Source of the DNA: Promethearchaeota archaeon
GTDB lineage: Archaea; Asgardarchaeota; Lokiarchaeia; Sigyniarchaeales; SOKP01
NCBI GenBank assembly: GCA_030599585.1
Contig: JAUVNS010000001.1
Location: 160,001 to 224,000 of the forward strand
DNA length: 64,000 bases
Direction: 5' to 3'
This document shows positions 60,161-64,000 of this stretch, piece by piece (position 1 is the first letter of the stretch; each line of letters begins with the position of its first letter). Position numbers and translations under genes: made by a program. Under the pieces are notes generated by a model. That model made no database searches and had not been told where the DNA came from. It saw only the letters and a program-made list of their open reading frames with translations.

Positions 60161-60802
60161 TTATATGAAGTATTTTTGCTGAAGCATAACATATTTGTTG
60201 TGATCGATAAACTCTTGTTCGACAAGTCTAAAAACTATATCGTACAACTGTCGAAAGAGTTCTTCAGGGAATGCTTTGTGCTCAAAAACTATGTCACATA
60301 CTAATTCCTCTGTTAATATTTGCGAATTAACCGCTTTGTTATACAATAAGAATTTCATCATGGCAGCGTCTATTTTCGATTTTACAATATTTTTAATGAT
60401 TTCTAAACTTAAGTCTCGCTCTGGGTCAAGAAAGTATGGGAAATTCATATCGTCTAGAATTTTAATGTATCCAAAACGAGAAATTATTTTGTTAACGCAA
60501 TATTCTAGCGAACTTATTTCTAAATTAAACTTTTTACAGAAACTTTTTTTACTTTCGTGGGCTGGAAACGCAAAGGGATGTCTTGTCACAATGTAATAGC
60601 CAGCAATAAAAAACTTGTACAGATTGTGCGGAATTTTACTATTAGCTCTTAAATACCTATACACTAAAGAAACAGTATCTAAAACAAAATTTTTATCTAT
60701 GTCAAATTGAGTCAAGAAATCTTCTCCATCTTTAATTAGATCGATTGTGATCCTATCTTTAGTATTTATTATTTCGACTTCAAGAGGGTATAATTCTATC
60801 AT
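60161..60802 (-). CDS. Cyclin-fold (TFB-core-like) protein lacking Zn ribbon
   Basis: FFIAGYYIVTR...SKKSFCKKFNLEISSLEYCVNKI resembles helices 3-5 of a TFB cyclin repeat. Confidence 0.45.
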   Translation of the reverse strand: MIELYPLEVEIINTKDRITIDLIKDGEDFLTQFDIDKNFVLDTVSLVYRYLRANSKIPHNLYKFFIAGYYIVTRHPFAFPAHESKKSFCKKFNLEISSLEYCVNKIISRFGYIKILDDMNFPYFLDPERDLSLEIIKNIVKSKIDAAMMKFLLYNKAVNSQILTEELVCDIVFEHKAFPEELFRQLYDIVFRLVEQEFIDHNKYVMLQQKYFI

Positions 60803-60841
60803 TTCTCACATGACACCTTATCTCTTCAAATTTTTTAAGGA

Positions 60842-60923
60842 AATATCGAAATATCACTTCGATATTATATGAATAACACTAATACTATTTAAAGGTGATG
60901 CAACTTGCATCACATCGATGCAA
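60842..60923. promoter_or_regulatory. Divergent promoter with two palindromic operators
   Basis: AATATCGAA-7-TTCGATATT (60842-60866); GTGATGCAA-C-TTGCATCAC (60895-60913) plus extra GATGCAA half-site (60917); flanking TTTAAA boxes. Confidence 0.55.
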
Positions 60924-61003
60924 AATTCGCAATATTTAAATATCCAAACTATTTCTATTAAGATAGAATTATCAAAATTTCGACAATAATAAGAGAAGTT
61001 GTT

Positions 61004-61459
61004 ATGCCACCCGACAATACCGAAAATGCTAAAAAACGGATAACTGTCAATCTAGAAAGCATAGATTATAAAATCATAGATGCTTTAGAAGGTGTTATAG
61101 CGAATTCGAAAGCTGCAGTAATATATCAAATGATAAAAGAGTGGATAAATCAAAATTCCGAACGCATCATGAAGACATGGGAGATTGATTTCGCCGGCAT
61201 AAGACGACAGGTTTTAGCCGAAACAAAAGGATTGTCAATCAAGGAAGAATTGAAAGATTTAGATAGAGAAATAATCGAACAGCTACCTATGCTTTTTGAA
61301 ACAATTTCGAGTATTAATTCAAAAGAACTCGCAGAAATTCTTGAAGTTAATCAGAAAACGCTCCAGAGAGTTATTTTTGGATATAGAAAGGAGTTATTAA
61401 AGTTAGGCTTAAATTTAGGATATGAAGATGGTTTAATCACCAAAAAGGAATCTAAATGA
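61004..61459 (+). CDS. Ribbon-helix-helix (CopG-like) + C-terminal HTH protein
   Basis: KRITVNL...IIDALEG..NSKAAVIYQMIKEWI; SKELAEILEVNQKTLQRVI. Confidence 0.7.
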   Translation: MPPDNTENAKKRITVNLESIDYKIIDALEGVIANSKAAVIYQMIKEWINQNSERIMKTWEIDFAGIRRQVLAETKGLSIKEELKDLDREIIEQLPMLFETISSINSKELAEILEVNQKTLQRVIFGYRKELLKLGLNLGYEDGLITKKESK

Positions 61460-61487
61460 AAAAAATCAAATATTAAAGTTGATGTAA

Positions 61488-61691
61488 TTGGCTTTACTGA
61501 AAATAGATACAACGCACAATTCTTTAGCTCCTAATATCGAGCGTTTTGGACCAGGTTTAGATGAATCAGACATTTATTCCGGTAAAGAAGTAATTAGTTT
61601 TAATAATCGACATCCAATCTTTAAAACACTTATGAAATTAGAATTTGAAGAAGTTCTTCGAAAATATCATAAAATAACAATAATTAAATGA
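61488..61691 (+). CDS. Small hypothetical protein
   Basis: 67-aa ORF, co-oriented and tightly spaced. Confidence 0.5.
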   Translation: MALLKIDTTHNSLAPNIERFGPGLDESDIYSGKEVISFNNRHPIFKTLMKLEFEEVLRKYHKITIIK

Positions 61692-61718
61692 AAAAAAAAA
61701 GAGTAGAGCGTGTCTTAG

Positions 61719-61934
61719 GTGGCTATTGAAAAAGTTAGAGAAGCAATTAGACTAAGGTTAGAAGAAATATACGAAGTAGAGTCAGAATATCAACAGGCTC
61801 TATCCAAGGTTGTAATTCCATTTTCTGAAATCTTTAGAAAATCAAGTTCTTCTGAATTCATTTCAAAAAATAACGACATCCCTTTTAGTAAATGGGATAA
61901 AAAATTTAAACAAATCCTGCTAAAAGAATTATAA
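61719..61934 (+). CDS. Small hypothetical protein
   Basis: 71-aa ORF, co-oriented and tightly spaced. Confidence 0.5.
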   Translation: MAIEKVREAIRLRLEEIYEVESEYQQALSKVVIPFSEIFRKSSSSEFISKNNDIPFSKWDKKFKQILLKEL

Positions 61935-62045
61935 TAATTACGAACTGAGCGATTTCGCTACTAGATCTTAATCCTTTTTTAATAAATCTAAAAACTTAAA
62001 AATCCATTCTTTACATATTACTTAATATTGACTAATTAATTTTAG

Positions 62046-62420
62046 GTGAGTCGTTTGACAGAAGAAGAAGAAGAAGAAGGGTTTGCATTAGATCCAGAGC
62101 AATTAAACGTATTTTACGAGGTCCTTTTCAAAAGGATTATGGATGTAATGGATAATCCTAATGTTAATGTTAATCCCTTTGAGGATATGGTAAAAATTTT
62201 AAGCCGGTTAAGCGAAATATTTAGTTTTAAAAGCATGATAACAATCATTCCTGAATTAATAGGTTACGCAATAAAGTACGGTATGATGGTAGAAAAATCT
62301 TACGATGAAATAGGATCAAGTTTAGAAGAAGACGAACAAGGTTTTGGCCAAGACGAGGAAAAAGCTAAGAAAAGATCCGTAATTAAGAAAGATGTCGACA
62401 AACTTAGAATGTTTTTATGA
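62046..62420 (+). CDS. Acidic helical hypothetical protein
   Basis: 124-aa ORF, E-rich termini. Confidence 0.65.
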   Translation: MSRLTEEEEEEGFALDPEQLNVFYEVLFKRIMDVMDNPNVNVNPFEDMVKILSRLSEIFSFKSMITIIPELIGYAIKYGMMVEKSYDEIGSSLEEDEQGFGQDEEKAKKRSVIKKDVDKLRMFL

Positions 62421-62585
62421 CTAAAATTTATTTTTCTATTTTTATTTGATCAATTTCAAAAGAAATAAAAATATTGTACGAATTTCAGATTATTCCGTAT
62501 GTTTATTATTGAATGTAGCCTAAAAGAATATTAAAACTTAGTAAAATTTTAAAAGACAATTAATTATTTATAAACTAAGAAATCA

Positions 62586-63488
62586 GTGATAAATACCATG
62601 AATGAATTAAAATCCGAAGGTATTCCTTTTTATATAGTTGATGTATTTGCTGAAAGAAAATATTCGGGCAACCAACTCGCCGTTGTAATAAGCAGAAATA
62701 AACTTAACGGCGAAGAAATGCAAAGAATAGCCAAAGAAATGAATTACTCCGAAACTACATTTATTACATCTGTCGAGAATTACGATGTTAGAATCTTTAC
62801 TCCTGAAGTAGAGTTACCTTTTGCGGGACATCCTACAATTGGAACAGCTTACATATTACAGCAGGAATTCATGAAAGAAAAAGCTAAAACCATGTCTATA
62901 AACTTAAAAATTGGCCAAATTGCAATTTTATTCAAATATAAGGGTGAAATTCTTTCAGAAACATGGATGGTACATAATGAACCTGCATTCAGCGGGTTTT
63001 TTGCTCCTGATTTGATAGCCGATGTCTTAGGTATAAACGAAAAAGATATCGATGGCAGATTTAAAATTCAAGAGGTTTACAGTGGTATTTCTACTATCAT
63101 CGTACCTTTAAAATCATTAGATGCAATAAAAAAGGTAAGGATTAATAATGAAAACTATACCCACCTGATTCAAAATACACAAGCTAAAACTATATTGGTC
63201 TTTTGTCCTGAAACTTACGATAAAAAAAACGATTTAAATGTGCGATTTTTTGCTGATTACTATGGAGTTCCAGAAGATCCAGCCACTGGCTCTGCAAATG
63301 GTTGTTTAGCGGCTTACTTGGTGAAGCATGATTATTTTGGTAAAAAGAAAATCAATATTCGAGTTGAACAAGGCTATGAAATAGGGAGAAAATCGCTACT
63401 TCTTTTAAAGGCTGAAGAAAAAGAAGGAAAATTCTATATCACTGTTGGCGGCAAGGTTATACTAATTGCTAAAGGAACATTACTTTAA
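62586..63488 (+). CDS. PhzF/PhzC family isomerase
   Basis: VDVFA..YSGNQLAVV, NYSETTF, FAGHPTIG, EDPATGSANG, EQGYEIGRKS. Confidence 0.93.
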   Translation: MINTMNELKSEGIPFYIVDVFAERKYSGNQLAVVISRNKLNGEEMQRIAKEMNYSETTFITSVENYDVRIFTPEVELPFAGHPTIGTAYILQQEFMKEKAKTMSINLKIGQIAILFKYKGEILSETWMVHNEPAFSGFFAPDLIADVLGINEKDIDGRFKIQEVYSGISTIIVPLKSLDAIKKVRINNENYTHLIQNTQAKTILVFCPETYDKKNDLNVRFFADYYGVPEDPATGSANGCLAAYLVKHDYFGKKKINIRVEQGYEIGRKSLLLLKAEEKEGKFYITVGGKVILIAKGTLL

Positions 63489-63572
63489 CAGTAAATTGCA
63501 CAACGCCCGGTAGGTAAATTAACTAATTAATTGGAATAAATCTATTTCTTTAAATAATTTAGTTTAAAATTA

Positions 63573-63938
63573 TTGGTAAATTGCTCTATCGATTTAATAT
63601 TGGAAATAAAGATTTTAGATAATTGGAGAAAAGATCATCAGATTATCCTCGAGAAAATTATTTCTTTTGCGGAATTACCTGATAATAGAGAAATCCAGAA
63701 AAAAAAATTCTCGCTGTTGACTGAACTATTTTTAAAACTTTGTACTAATAAGAACTACGCAAGCAATTTTAGAAATTTTTCAAGCTTAATTTTAATCCTT
63801 CTCAACCTATACAAAAAGAATTATCCTGTTGATATTTTCTCCAAAGGACAGCTTAAAAATCCTGAAACTAAGAGAAATTCTTTTGAATTAAAAGATATTT
63901 TAAAACAAGAACTGCAGGATAGTAGCCCATTACTTTAG
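63573..63938 (+). CDS. Hypothetical protein
   Basis: 121-aa ORF, no recognised motif. Confidence 0.55.
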   Translation: MVNCSIDLILEIKILDNWRKDHQIILEKIISFAELPDNREIQKKKFSLLTELFLKLCTNKNYASNFRNFSSLILILLNLYKKNYPVDIFSKGQLKNPETKRNSFELKDILKQELQDSSPLL

Positions 63939-64000
63939 TTAACAATGTACCAACGGACTATCAAATCATTAATTTTGTTGAGTCTATTTGGTTATAATTT

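Noticed and set aside
3217-60596. Other short ORFs nested in or antisense to long genes (e.g. 3217, 4106, 8754, 9078, 19118, 21723, 23692, 50936, 54039, 60276)
   Set aside because: Overlap well-supported genes and lack motifs; expected shadow frames
56087-62420. Integrated mobile element or provirus
   Set aside because: No integrase, transposase, att repeats, tRNA target or capsid/replication genes

Overview
AT-rich (roughly 30% GC by eye) archaeal chromosomal window. It is most consistent with an Asgard archaeon of the Lokiarchaeia/Promethearchaeia type: TFB, an actin homologue, small GTPases, longin-like proteins, a Loki-CTERM surface protein and a multi-PAS kinase. About 58 CDSs were identified, mostly housekeeping or metabolic (AOR, GlcD/CCG pair, nfo, phi, MgtE pair, topoisomerase IA, purD, GH116, M32 peptidase, acyl-CoA ligase, amidase, TrmJ, PhzF). 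No tRNA, rRNA, CRISPR array, integrase or transposase was found. Main observations: (1) a coiled-coil/proline-rich protein ending in a WH2- or VASP-like helix, two genes upstream of a divergent actin with substituted catalytic residues, which is a candidate archaeal actin-regulator module; (2) a 1.08-kb non-coding gap (56306-57382) holding a multi-stem, possibly pseudoknotted or switchable RNA-like element between two divergent winged-helix genes; (3) a trafficking-like cluster at 41-52 kb (Rab-like GTPase, longin-pseudoGTPase, longin-Zn protein, ARM/coiled-coil/acidic-tail protein with p115/Uso1-like architecture); (4) tandem acidic secreted paralogues with a GLMP/SAARP-like motif pattern coupled to a wHTH regulator; (5) a receptor-like beta-helix/TM/PEVK-like/WD40 protein; (6) three TFB-related genes; (7) two probable ATT-initiated genes missed or truncated by the ORF track. 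All family assignments are from visual motif recognition; no searches were run.
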